The notes below the pieces were generated by a model. The model ran no database searches and was not told the origin of the DNA. It saw only the letters and a program-made list of their open reading frames with translations. Source: Candidatus Hydrogenedentota bacterium (GTDB lineage: Bacteria > Hydrogenedentota > Hydrogenedentia > Hydrogenedentales > JAEUWI01). Taken from it: 43,413 nt of DNA. The DNA is taken from positions 1 to 43,413 of the forward strand of contig JAUIMA010000002.1 in NCBI GenBank assembly GCA_030432675.1, read 5' to 3'. Both the position numbers and the translations under genes were made by a program. Below are positions 1 through 8,525 of the stretch, one piece after another (position 1 is the first letter of the stretch; the number at the start of each line of letters is the position of its first letter).

Positions 1-144
1 GTCGTAAACGAAGGTCTGACCCCTTACGGAGAGGTCCAGCGGGATGGAGAAGACCTGCCAGCAGTGGGGACAGGCAATATCGTGGTGGGCGACCATGAGG
101 TGTTTCCTACGTGGGTCGAGTCTTTCGGGGAGCGGCCTCTTTGA
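1..144 (+). CDS. Possible 3' end of a CDS entering from the left edge (hypothetical protein, C-terminal 47 aa)
   Basis: Frame 1 is open from base 1 to TGA at 142-144 (...GNIVVGDHEVFPTWVESFGERPL*). It is followed by a GC-rich hairpin at 158-181. It is not in the ORF track because it has no in-window start. No recognisable motif. Confidence 0.25.
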   Translation, partial: VVNEGLTPYGEVQRDGEDLPAVGTGNIVVGDHEVFPTWVESFGERPL

Positions 145-149
145 TGCTA

Positions 150-181
150 GCAGAAACGGGGAGGATGTGACCATCCTCCCC
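150..181 (-). terminator. Candidate intrinsic terminator downstream of the RND efflux operon
   Basis: Perfect 10-bp stem GGGGAGGATG (158-167) / CATCCTCCCC (172-181) with 4-nt loop. On the minus strand it is followed by GTTTCTGC, a weak U-tract. It lies 29 nt after the OMF stop at 210. Confidence 0.4.
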
Positions 182-209
182 GCTGGGTGCCATGCGTGTA
201 TTCTTGATG

Positions 210-1796
210 TTACTCGGCGACGGCCGCACTTTCCGGTTCCATATCGACCGCGTCGGGATCCCAGCCGCCCCCGAGGGCCTTATAGAGGGAGACAAGATTG
301 ACGAGTACAATGCTCTCGCTCTGTACCAGTTGATCTTCGGTGGTGAAGAGATCGCGTTGGGCTTGGAGTGCGTTGAGAAACCCTTCCAGGCCACGGGTAT
401 AGCGTTCGTTGGCGAGATAGACCGAGCGTTTGTTGGCGGCCACGGCTTCTTGAAGGGTTCCGCGGAGCACCTGTTCTTTGTTAAACGCTACGAGGGCGTT
501 TTCCACTTCGGCCAGGGCCAACATGACCGATTGTTCATAGCGGATCGCGGCCTCTTCCTGACGGGCATTCTGGACCTCGATGTTGGCTCGTATCCGTCCG
601 CCCTGGAAAAGGGCCCAGTTGACGCTGGGGCCGACGCTGCCCAGAATACTGCCGCCTTCGAGGAGGTTCCCCAGGACATTGCTCTGACTGGAGACGCCCC
701 CCGAGAGGAAGAACTTCGGGTAGAGGTCAGACATAGCCACCCCGATACGGGCGTTTTGTGCAGCCAGCTGGCGTTCGGCGACGCGAATGTCGGGACGACG
801 GCGCAGCAGCTCCGTGGGGAGTCCCACGGGGACCGCCGCCGGTGCCGTGGGCAGGGGGGCGACGGGTTCCAGTTCGGCGAGAAGGAGGCCCGGCTCGCCG
901 CCGAGCAAGACGCCCAGACGATAGATGGCGCTGGCCACCTGTTGTTCGAGTCGGGGTACCTGTCCCTGGAAGGTGGCGAGGAGTGCTTTCGCGCGGACCG
1001 CGTCGAGTTCACTGCTGATGCCCGCGTCAAAACGGGCCCCGGTAAGGTTGACCGTTTCGGCTTGGGCATCGATATTGCTCTCGGTGATGGCCAGCCGTTG
1101 TTGGGCCGACCGCAGGTCGATGTAGTTCAAGGCCACTTCGGCTACCAGCGACACCATGACCTGACGTTCCGCTTCAATGATGGCTTCCAGATCGGCGTCC
1201 GCCGCTTCCACGCCTCGGCGGTTGCCACCGAAGACATCCAGCTCCCACGAGGCATCAAAGCCCGAGGCGAAGAGGTCGGAGGTGCGGCTGGGTGTTCCTC
1301 CGGTGGGACTGATGGTCAATCCGGTCGTGCCGCCGGCGGCCGAGCCGGTCTGGGAGATGGTGACGTTTTCACCGCGCACGGTGAGCGTGCGGGAGATTCC
1401 GCCAGGTCCAACGCTGAGTCCACCAGAAACCGGTGAGCCAGAGTCGAAGTCCTGTTTCGGTCCGCGGCTGCGGGTGGCCGAGGCATCAAAGCCCACCGTG
1501 GGTAAGAGACTCGACGCGGCAATGCCCCGGGCCGCCCGGGCTTCGCGAACCCGCACCCGGGCGATCTGGAGGTCAAAACTGTCCTCCAGGGCGCGGGCAA
1601 TGAGTCCATCCAACACGGGATCATCGAGCTGAGTCCACCACGTGGCGATGTCGACAGGCGTTGCCGCGACACCATCGGCCTTTTCCGAGACCCAGTCGTC
1701 GGGCGTCGCAATATCCGGGCGGACGTAATCCGGTCCCGTCATGCAGCCCGTGGCGAAAAGGCCGAGGGTTGCGGTCGTTACTATGAGACGTTTCAT
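210..1796 (-). CDS. RND efflux outer-membrane factor lipoprotein, NodT/OprM family
   Basis: 528-aa ORF. Lipoprotein signal MKRLIVTTATLGLFATGC is followed by the GPDYVRP motif typical of NodT-family OMFs. Has FDASWELDVFG and a C-terminal LYKALGGGW. The start overlaps the pump stop (ATGA at 1793-1796). Confidence 0.9.
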   Translation of the reverse strand: MKRLIVTTATLGLFATGCMTGPDYVRPDIATPDDWVSEKADGVAATPVDIATWWTQLDDPVLDGLIARALEDSFDLQIARVRVREARAARGIAASSLLPTVGFDASATRSRGPKQDFDSGSPVSGGLSVGPGGISRTLTVRGENVTISQTGSAAGGTTGLTISPTGGTPSRTSDLFASGFDASWELDVFGGNRRGVEAADADLEAIIEAERQVMVSLVAEVALNYIDLRSAQQRLAITESNIDAQAETVNLTGARFDAGISSELDAVRAKALLATFQGQVPRLEQQVASAIYRLGVLLGGEPGLLLAELEPVAPLPTAPAAVPVGLPTELLRRRPDIRVAERQLAAQNARIGVAMSDLYPKFFLSGGVSSQSNVLGNLLEGGSILGSVGPSVNWALFQGGRIRANIEVQNARQEEAAIRYEQSVMLALAEVENALVAFNKEQVLRGTLQEAVAANKRSVYLANERYTRGLEGFLNALQAQRDLFTTEDQLVQSESIVLVNLVSLYKALGGGWDPDAVDMEPESAAVAE

Positions 1797-4700
1797 GCGT
1801 CGTTCTCCGTCGCCGGTTTATCAGACTCGGCCTTCGGTTTGGAATCGGTTTTTGCCTTCGAAGCAGGCTCGTCCGTTGGATTGGCATCAGTTGTTTTTTC
1901 GGGAAGTGCCGTTGGGGTGCTGGTACCCGTGGACGTGCCCTCGGGAAGAGCCGGCTTCCGACGAATACGGAATTCACTGAGCTGCTGAATAATCACGAAG
2001 AACAGGGGTACGAAAATGATGGCCAGGAAGGTGGCGGCAACCATACCACCCAAAATTCCCGTGCCAATGGAGCGTCGTCCTTCGGCACCAGCGCCCGTGC
2101 TGATGGCAAGGGGCAAGACCCCCAGCGTGAAGGCCAGGGACGTCATCAGGATAGGACGGAGTCGCAGGCGTGCCGCTTCCATGGCGGCTTCTATTACCGA
2201 TTTGCCCTCTTCGTGTTCTGCAGCGGCAAATTCGACCAGGAGGATGGCGTTCTTCGCGGAGAGGCCGATCAGGGTCAGTAGTCCAATCTGGAAGTAGATG
2301 TCTTTGGGCATGCCCAAGACATAAACCGCGCCAATAGCCCCGAAGAGACCAAAGGGCACCGCGAGAATAACCGCCAGCGGCAGCGACCACTTTTCATATT
2401 GGGCTGCGAGCACGAGGAAGACCAGCACCAGCCCGAAGGCCAATACGTAAGGTGCCTGGTTGCCGGCTTCCACTTCCTGATAGGAAGCACCACTCCACTC
2501 GAAGCCATACCCGGCGGGCAGTGTTTCTGCGGCCAACTCTTTGATTCGTTCGATAGAGTCACCCGTGCTGAATCCTGCGGCGGGGGTACCGGTAATCTGC
2601 ACACTCGGGTAGCTGTTGAACCGGGTCACAACGTTGGGGCCCGATTTGAATTCGAGATCGAGTACGCCGGAAAGCTCCACCATGTCGCCCATGGAATTTC
2701 GTGCGTAAACCCGGCGGATGTCGTCGGGACTCTGCCGAAATTCGGGCTCGGCCTGGACCTGTACCCGGTAAATGCGCCCGAACTTCGTGAAGTCATTCAC
2801 GTAGAGGGCACCGAGATAGGCCTGGAGACTATCGAAGATTTCTGTCATCGGGAGTCCCATGGCTTTCGCACGGGTACGATCCACGTCCACATAGACCTGG
2901 GGCTGTCCGATGTTCAACACGGAATTCAGGTTCTCCATCTGGGGATCACTCCCCATGGCCGCCATGAATTCCTGCGACACTTCGGCGAGCTTGCGGATAT
3001 CGCTGATACCCCGGCTTTCGAGCTGGAGTTCAAATCCTTCGCGCACGCCCAGTCCGCGGATGGCCGGTGGATTCAGGGCGAGGATGAGGGCATCTTTGTT
3101 GCCGCCGAAGCGACCAAACATGCGGCCGACGATGTTGTTGACGTGATGCTCCTCGCCCGGTCGGTCTGCCCAGTTCTTCAGATTGACGAACATGACCGCA
3201 CCGTTGGTGCTTGGCACGAATCCGGACAGGAAGTCGATACCGACCAGGGCAACCATATGCTCCACTTCGTCTTGTTCTTTCAGGAAGGATTCGATCTCTT
3301 TGACGACTTCACCGGTGCGGTTCAGGGCGCTACCCTGGGGCAGCTGGACCGCCACGATGAAATAGCCCTGATCTTCCTGGGGTACGAATCCGCCCGGCAC
3401 CATGCCAAATAAGGAATAGGCCGCAAAGATGACGCCCGCAAACACGAGGAGGGTCAGGTAACGGAGTTTGATGGCTATTCCCACGACAGAGACATAGGCC
3501 CGGTTACCCTTGTTGAAGAACCAGTCGAAGGCGCGGAAGGGCGCCCATTTTTCGTGGTTGGCACGCAACATGATGCGGCACAGGGCCGGGCTCAGTGTAA
3601 GGGCCACAACACCAGAGATGGCGACCGAAACCGCAATCGTAATGGCAAACTGTCGGTACATGACGCCCGTCAGGCCGCCGAGGAAAGCAACGGGGAGGAA
3701 TACGGCGAGAAGCACCAGCACGCTGGCCACCACGGCCCCGAAGATTTGCTCCGTGGCCTTGATGGTGGCTTCGCGACGGGAGAGCTTGCCCTCGTGCATG
3801 ACGCGCTCGACGTTTTCCACCACGAGGATGGCGTCGTCCACCACAATACCGATGGCCAGCACCAAACCAAAAAGGGTGAGGGTGTTGATAGAGAAGCCAA
3901 AGGCCATCATGCCCAGGAAGGTACCGATAATCGAGACCGGTACCGCCAGCAGTGGAATGAGGGTGGCCCGCCAACTCCCGAGGAAGACAAACACCACCAG
4001 CACCACCAGCAACGCCGCTTCAAGTAGGGTCTTGATTACTTCTTCGATGGAGGCGTTGATGAAACGGGTGGTGTCAAAGGGTATTTCATAGGTCAGTCCC
4101 TCTGGAAACCCTTGCTTCAAGACCAAGAGCTCTTCCTTCACCGCTTCGAAGGTGGAAAGGGCGTTGGCACCGGGCTGGAGATAGACCAGGATCGGAACCG
4201 TGGGCTGACCGTTGTAGCGCCCGAAGGAGTCATAGCTCAGCGAAGCGAGTTCCACCCGTGCCACATCACCCAACCGCAAGATAGAGCCGTCAGGCTCTGC
4301 ACGCAGGATGATTTCTTCATAGTCTTCCGGCTCTGAGAGACGCCCTTCGGTAATAACGGGAATGGTAAAGGCCACTTCCCCATCGTTGGGGGCGGCACCA
4401 ATGCGACCTGCCGCGAAGAGCGCATTCTGCTCGCGGATGGCGTTGGCTACGTCGCTGATGGTGAGGTCTTTGGCGGCGAGTTGGTTGGGGTTCAGCCAGA
4501 CCCGCATGGAGTAATCTTTACCACCGAAGACGGTCACGTCACCCACACCGGGAACCCGCTTGAGGGCATCGAGCATGTAGATGGTGGCGTAGTTACTCAG
4601 GTAGAGGTCATCCAACGTGTCATCGGTCGCACTCAGCGCGACGACCCCGAGGATGTTATTGGAGCGCTTGCTGACAGAGATACCCTGGCGGGTCACCTCC

Positions 4701-5062
4701 TGGGGGAGACGGGGCTCGGCCCGCTTCAGGCGGTTTTGCACCTCCACCGCGGCAATGTCCAGGTTGGCACCGATCTCAAAGGTACAGACGATGCTGAGCT
4801 GTCCGTTGTTGGTGGTGGTGGATTGATAATAGAGCAGGTGCTCGATACCACTTAATTCCTGCTCAATCGGCGTGGCGATCGATTCGGCCACCGTTTCCGC
4901 ATCGGCACCGGGGTAGTTGGTTTGAATCACCACCGTCGGTGGTGCGATTTCCGGGGATTGTTCCACCGGCAAGAAGAGGACGGCAACGGCACCGCACAAC
5001 GTAATCACAATCGAGATGACGGCGGCGAAAACCGGGCGGTCAATAAAAAATCGGGCTAGCAT
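1793..5062 (-). CDS. RND multidrug efflux permease (AcrB/MexB-like, HAE1 family)
   Basis: 1089-aa ORF. N-terminus MLARFFIDRPVFAAVISIVITLCG. Has the large periplasmic loops and hydrophobic TM blocks typical of AcrB-family pumps. Flanked by adaptor and OMF genes. About 60 aa of Pro/Thr/Lys-rich C-terminal tail. Confidence 0.95.
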   Translation of the reverse strand: MLARFFIDRPVFAAVISIVITLCGAVAVLFLPVEQSPEIAPPTVVIQTNYPGADAETVAESIATPIEQELSGIEHLLYYQSTTTNNGQLSIVCTFEIGANLDIAAVEVQNRLKRAEPRLPQEVTRQGISVSKRSNNILGVVALSATDDTLDDLYLSNYATIYMLDALKRVPGVGDVTVFGGKDYSMRVWLNPNQLAAKDLTISDVANAIREQNALFAAGRIGAAPNDGEVAFTIPVITEGRLSEPEDYEEIILRAEPDGSILRLGDVARVELASLSYDSFGRYNGQPTVPILVYLQPGANALSTFEAVKEELLVLKQGFPEGLTYEIPFDTTRFINASIEEVIKTLLEAALLVVLVVFVFLGSWRATLIPLLAVPVSIIGTFLGMMAFGFSINTLTLFGLVLAIGIVVDDAILVVENVERVMHEGKLSRREATIKATEQIFGAVVASVLVLLAVFLPVAFLGGLTGVMYRQFAITIAVSVAISGVVALTLSPALCRIMLRANHEKWAPFRAFDWFFNKGNRAYVSVVGIAIKLRYLTLLVFAGVIFAAYSLFGMVPGGFVPQEDQGYFIVAVQLPQGSALNRTGEVVKEIESFLKEQDEVEHMVALVGIDFLSGFVPSTNGAVMFVNLKNWADRPGEEHHVNNIVGRMFGRFGGNKDALILALNPPAIRGLGVREGFELQLESRGISDIRKLAEVSQEFMAAMGSDPQMENLNSVLNIGQPQVYVDVDRTRAKAMGLPMTEIFDSLQAYLGALYVNDFTKFGRIYRVQVQAEPEFRQSPDDIRRVYARNSMGDMVELSGVLDLEFKSGPNVVTRFNSYPSVQITGTPAAGFSTGDSIERIKELAAETLPAGYGFEWSGASYQEVEAGNQAPYVLAFGLVLVFLVLAAQYEKWSLPLAVILAVPFGLFGAIGAVYVLGMPKDIYFQIGLLTLIGLSAKNAILLVEFAAAEHEEGKSVIEAAMEAARLRLRPILMTSLAFTLGVLPLAISTGAGAEGRRSIGTGILGGMVAATFLAIIFVPLFFVIIQQLSEFRIRRKPALPEGTSTGTSTPTALPEKTTDANPTDEPASKAKTDSKPKAESDKPATENDA

Positions 5063-5071
5063 GGGCGATTC

Positions 5072-6220
5072 CTACTGCGCGTTCGCGTCGGCGGCTGCGG
5101 CTTCCAGGGGCGAGGGAACGACGGTGATACCTGGCTGCACTTTGATAATGCCATCGACGATAACTTTGTCGCCCTTCTCGAGGCCCGACTCGATGATCCA
5201 ATCCGAACCACTCCATTCACCGGGTTTGATGAGTCGGAGTTCCACGGAGTTGTCGTCCTTGATGACATAGACGAAGGCGCCCTGGGGCGATTCGCTCACG
5301 GCCTTCTGAGGGACCGAGATGGCGTCGGGGCGGACGTAGCCGCGCATGTGGGCCCGAACGAACTGGCCCGGTTTCAGCTGACGATTGATGTTGTCGAAGG
5401 TGGCCCGCATTTCGACGGAGCCGGTGTTGATGTCTACCGCCGTGTCTTCAAAGTCAATTTTGCCCTGGGGCGGATATTCCGTGCCGTCGAGCAAGGTGAT
5501 TTCGAGGTAGGGATTGTTCGTCCCATCCAGGACGTAACCCCCTTCGGCAGCGAGCTTACGCCAGTGAAGGTAGTCGCGTTCCGTCATCTGATAACTGACA
5601 TAAATGGGGTCCACCTGCTGCATGGTGGTGAGCAGGCCATTGGAACCTTCATCTACCAGGCTACCAATTTCCTTCTGGGTCTTGCCTACGTAGCCGGTCA
5701 GGGGCGCTTCCACGAGCGTATAGCCCACCTCAAGTTCGGCCTTGGCCAACTCCGCACGGGCCAGGTTCAGGGCCGCCGTGGCATTGGTCCGCTCGGCAAG
5801 TTGCTTATCCAGATCACTCTGGGCGATGGCACCGGGCACCTTGACCGATTCCATCCGGTTCACTTCCTTTTCGGCGAGCGAAAGCGCTGCCTGTGCCTGG
5901 GCCACGCGGGCCTTGGCAATTTCCCGGTCGGCTTCAAAGGGGCGGGGGTCGATCAAATAGAGCCGGGTGCCCTGTTCGACCAGGGTGCCTTCCTTAAATT
6001 CCCGCGAGTCGAGAAAGCCGCGGACCCGTGCCCGCACTTCTACGATTTTGGAGGCTTCGGTCACACCGACGAATTCAAAGGAAACGGGCATGCTCTTGGG
6101 CGTCACGGTGATATAGGTTACTTCCGGTGGTGGGGGCGCAGGGGGTTGGGCCGCGAGGCGGTCCGCTGACAGGAGGGCCAGACAGGTTAAAAGGAACGGG
6201 GTCAATCGTTTCAACGTCAT
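5072..6220 (-). CDS. RND efflux periplasmic adaptor (membrane fusion protein, AcrA/HlyD_D23-like)
   Basis: ORF 5072-6298. The preferred start is ATG 6220, giving the signal-like MTLKRLTPFLLTCLALLSADRLAAQ. Coiled-coil hairpin region (ARAELAKAELEVGYTLVEAPLTGYVG) is typical of MFPs. It ends 9 nt upstream of the pump gene. Confidence 0.9.
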   Translation of the reverse strand: MTLKRLTPFLLTCLALLSADRLAAQPPAPPPPEVTYITVTPKSMPVSFEFVGVTEASKIVEVRARVRGFLDSREFKEGTLVEQGTRLYLIDPRPFEADREIAKARVAQAQAALSLAEKEVNRMESVKVPGAIAQSDLDKQLAERTNATAALNLARAELAKAELEVGYTLVEAPLTGYVGKTQKEIGSLVDEGSNGLLTTMQQVDPIYVSYQMTERDYLHWRKLAAEGGYVLDGTNNPYLEITLLDGTEYPPQGKIDFEDTAVDINTGSVEMRATFDNINRQLKPGQFVRAHMRGYVRPDAISVPQKAVSESPQGAFVYVIKDDNSVELRLIKPGEWSGSDWIIESGLEKGDKVIVDGIIKVQPGITVVPSPLEAAAADANAQ

Positions 6221-6391
6221 AATATCGACCTTTCGGAAAGTAGATGTGGTATAGGGAAGCCAGGGTGGACACACCCCGGGTATAGTGAGTTTGCACATAC
6301 TGGATAGGACTGGTATGCGTACTATGAAATTAACAATCTGCCCCGACAGGAAATACGTTTATTCTTGCGCCATGATACCGCCTTAGATGCA

Positions 6392-6949
6392 TTACGAAAC
6401 GGGGGCTTCAGCGAGTCGGCTGGCCATGGCAAGCATGGTTTGCACCAGTGCGTCCCGTTGCTCCTTGGTAAAGGGAGAAACATTCAACGTTTCCATGAGC
6501 ATGAGGCCATCAGCCGCCAGCAACAAGACCGCCGATTCATTTTGATCCACGTCCAGCGCAGCGAGGTCCGAAAAGCGACTTTCATGAAACGAGCGAATGG
6601 GTTCCTTCAAATGAGGACAGTTGGCCAACGCCGAAATCAGGCCGGCACACAACTGGGGATCCCGTTCTTCGTCCAGCAGCGCGGTTTCCACATCCGCTTT
6701 CAAGATGGCGGCCGCGTCGGCTGCCTCACCTCGGCACGCTTTGCGACGTTCCGTAGCATGTGCCATCAGCCGCGCTACCATCGCCTGTAGCAGGGCATCT
6801 TTCGTTGGAAAATGATAGAGAAGGCCGCCCTTACTGACCTGAGCTTGCTCCGCTACCGAATCCAAGGTAAGGCGCCATGCTCCTTGCTCCGTCAACACGA
6901 CCTCCGCCGCATCAAGCATGGCTTCTTTTCCGCTGGGGCGTACCATCAC
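6392..6949 (-). CDS. TetR/AcrR family transcriptional regulator (likely repressor of the downstream efflux operon)
   Basis: 185-aa ORF with a TetR-type HTH (LTLDSVAEQAQVSKGGLLYHFPTKDALL). Same strand as the adaptor gene and directly upstream of it. Confidence 0.9.
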   Translation of the reverse strand: MMVRPSGKEAMLDAAEVVLTEQGAWRLTLDSVAEQAQVSKGGLLYHFPTKDALLQAMVARLMAHATERRKACRGEAADAAAILKADVETALLDEERDPQLCAGLISALANCPHLKEPIRSFHESRFSDLAALDVDQNESAVLLLAADGLMLMETLNVSPFTKEQRDALVQTMLAMASRLAEAPVS

Positions 6950-6967
6950 TCACCTCCGATTGCTGTA

Positions 6968-6997
6968 GTTACTAAACCGTCTAGTCGGTATAGTAAC
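6968..6997. promoter_or_regulatory. Near-perfect inverted repeat, candidate TetR operator
   Basis: GTTACTAAACCG-TCTAG-TCGGTATAGTAAC. The arms are complementary apart from one mismatch and a 1-nt offset. It is centred about 35 bp upstream of the tetR start (6949). Confidence 0.4.
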
Positions 6998-7084
6998 ACC
7001 AACAACACGACATGTCAAGTAATCGGAGTAACTGATTTTTGATGGGATGGTGTGCGGGATTATCAGGGTAACCGTGGGTCGCGG

Positions 7085-7957
7085 TCAGTGGTGGGCTGCA
7101 CGTTCCCGCAGCATGGCGACAAAGGCCTGTTGTGCTTTGGATTGATAAACACCCCGACGGGATATGGCACCGAGGGTCACTTCCGGAAGGCCTGTCATAG
7201 GGATTGACTGGAGGGCATCGTCGGGGCGCACCACCATCTCCGGGAGGAGCGAAATGCCCACCCCTTCGGACACAAAGCGCTTAATAACCTCCAGGCTACC
7301 GCTGTCCACCACAATCTGGGGCGAAAAGTCGTATTCCGCGAAGTAGCGGCGCAGCATGGTGCCCGTGCGGGTAGCCTCCTCGAGCAAGACAAAGGGCTCT
7401 TGTCCCAATGACTCGAGAGAAACCGTGCGCTTCGACGCCAGGGGATGGCTCCGGGGCACCACGAGGACGAAGCGCTGGCGAAAGAGGGGGGCCTCCACCA
7501 GCTCGTCGTGGTGGGTGGGCAGGGTCACGATGCCCAGGTCCAGGGTGCCATCCAACACCTGTTCCACAATGGCACCGGAATTTCGATTGACCAGCACGAC
7601 CCGGGTTTCCGGCATGCGCTCGGCATATTCCCGTACCAAGGGCGGGAGCACATAGAGGGCCGTTGTATCACTTGTACCTACCCGTAATTCCCGACTGGCT
7701 ACGGCATCAAAGTCCGCCACTTCATGAGAGAGGCTTTCCACCTGCTGCAGGATGGTGGTGCCCTGGGCGTAGATGAGTTCCCCCATGGGCGTGGGACGGC
7801 AGGTCTTTCGTTCGATTAGCGAATGGCCCACTTCGCGCTCCAGGGACTTGAGCTGCTGACTCACCGCCGGCTGGGAACGATGGAGCCGCTCCGCCGCCGC
7901 GCGGAAGCTGTGGGTCTCGATAATGGCGCAAAGGCAGCGCAGGGATTCAAGGGTCAT
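7085..7957 (-). CDS. LysR family transcriptional regulator
   Basis: ORF 7085-7993, with ATG 7957 preferred (MTLESLRCLCAIIETHSFRAAAERLHRSQPAVSQQLKSLEREVGHSLIER is the LysR wHTH). Has a C-terminal LysR substrate-binding-type domain. Confidence 0.9.
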   Translation of the reverse strand: MTLESLRCLCAIIETHSFRAAAERLHRSQPAVSQQLKSLEREVGHSLIERKTCRPTPMGELIYAQGTTILQQVESLSHEVADFDAVASRELRVGTSDTTALYVLPPLVREYAERMPETRVVLVNRNSGAIVEQVLDGTLDLGIVTLPTHHDELVEAPLFRQRFVLVVPRSHPLASKRTVSLESLGQEPFVLLEEATRTGTMLRRYFAEYDFSPQIVVDSGSLEVIKRFVSEGVGISLLPEMVVRPDDALQSIPMTGLPEVTLGAISRRGVYQSKAQQAFVAMLRERAAHH

Positions 7958-8023
7958 GGTGTTGCTCCCAGAGTGATTTTGTTGCTCGTACAAATCCCCG
8001 GTCGTTCCTGTCGCGTGAATCTA

Positions 8024-8304
8024 CCACGGAACGCACGGAATAACACGGAAGGAGAACTAAGGGGTGGCCCCTTGTTTCGCGTGTATTGACAAGCTCCGCG
8101 AAATATTGTCGGACTGGCTTCCTCAGTTCGGCCGAATCGGTGTCTGGATTGTTTTAATTTCCGTGTAATTCCGTGTCTTCCGTGGTCAGCTCACTAAAAC
8201 GGGCCTACCACGGAAAACACAGAACCGCACGGAAGTATAAGGATCGAATCTCGTCCCGCAGGCCTGTCGTTTCTTCATTCGTGTTTATTCGTGTGCATTC
8301 GTGG
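8024..8304. repeat. Two tandem inverted-repeat units built from phased CACGGAA/TTCCGTG heptads (MITE/REP-like element or iteron-like binding array)
   Basis: The 27-nt arms 8024-8050 and 8159-8185 are reverse complements at 24/27 positions. Each arm holds three heptads at 9-10 bp spacing. A degenerate second pair sits at 8208-8235 and 8276-8304 (ATTCGTG x3, 10-bp phasing). Confidence 0.6.
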
Positions 8305-8525
8305 TTAAAAAACGGGTCAGCATGCAGACTGTCCCAATAAGAAATGCTTATCGCTTTCATTATATCATTTCATTGGACTTATTCAAGGGGTCCGTCGTAT
8401 GCTTCCCTTGTGCGCTTTGGGTGACTTCTACGCCACGGCCTTCGCGCGCGCCCAGTTTTCTCTCTCCACGGTGCCGCGGGATTGCCCCCGTTGGCCCTGT
8501 ATACCATGACCAAAGGAAATCCACC

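Noticed and set aside
192-1436. Long ORFs antisense to or overlapping real genes. Examples: 192-1436(+), 2399-3412(+), 5348-6169(+), 8379-9650(-), 9535-10743(-), 10631-11797(-), 12554-13516(-), 16933-17706(-), 22977-23828(-), 24390-25178(-), 30813-31367(-), 35757-36686(-), 41197-43035(+).
   Set aside because: Their products are Arg/Gly/Pro/His-rich with no motifs. Each lies opposite a gene with clear family signatures. Such shadow ORFs are expected in GC-rich DNA.
8301-8525. N-terminal extensions offered by the ORF track: purM from 8301, surE from 19046, adaptor from 6298, napA from 30720, napB from 33074, mgtC from 33755, MBOAT from 21138, LamG from 20009.
   Set aside because: The conserved protein N-termini, signal peptides or Tat motifs begin at internal start codons, most of which have better RBS spacing. 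The extensions run through repeat-rich or neighbouring-gene sequence.
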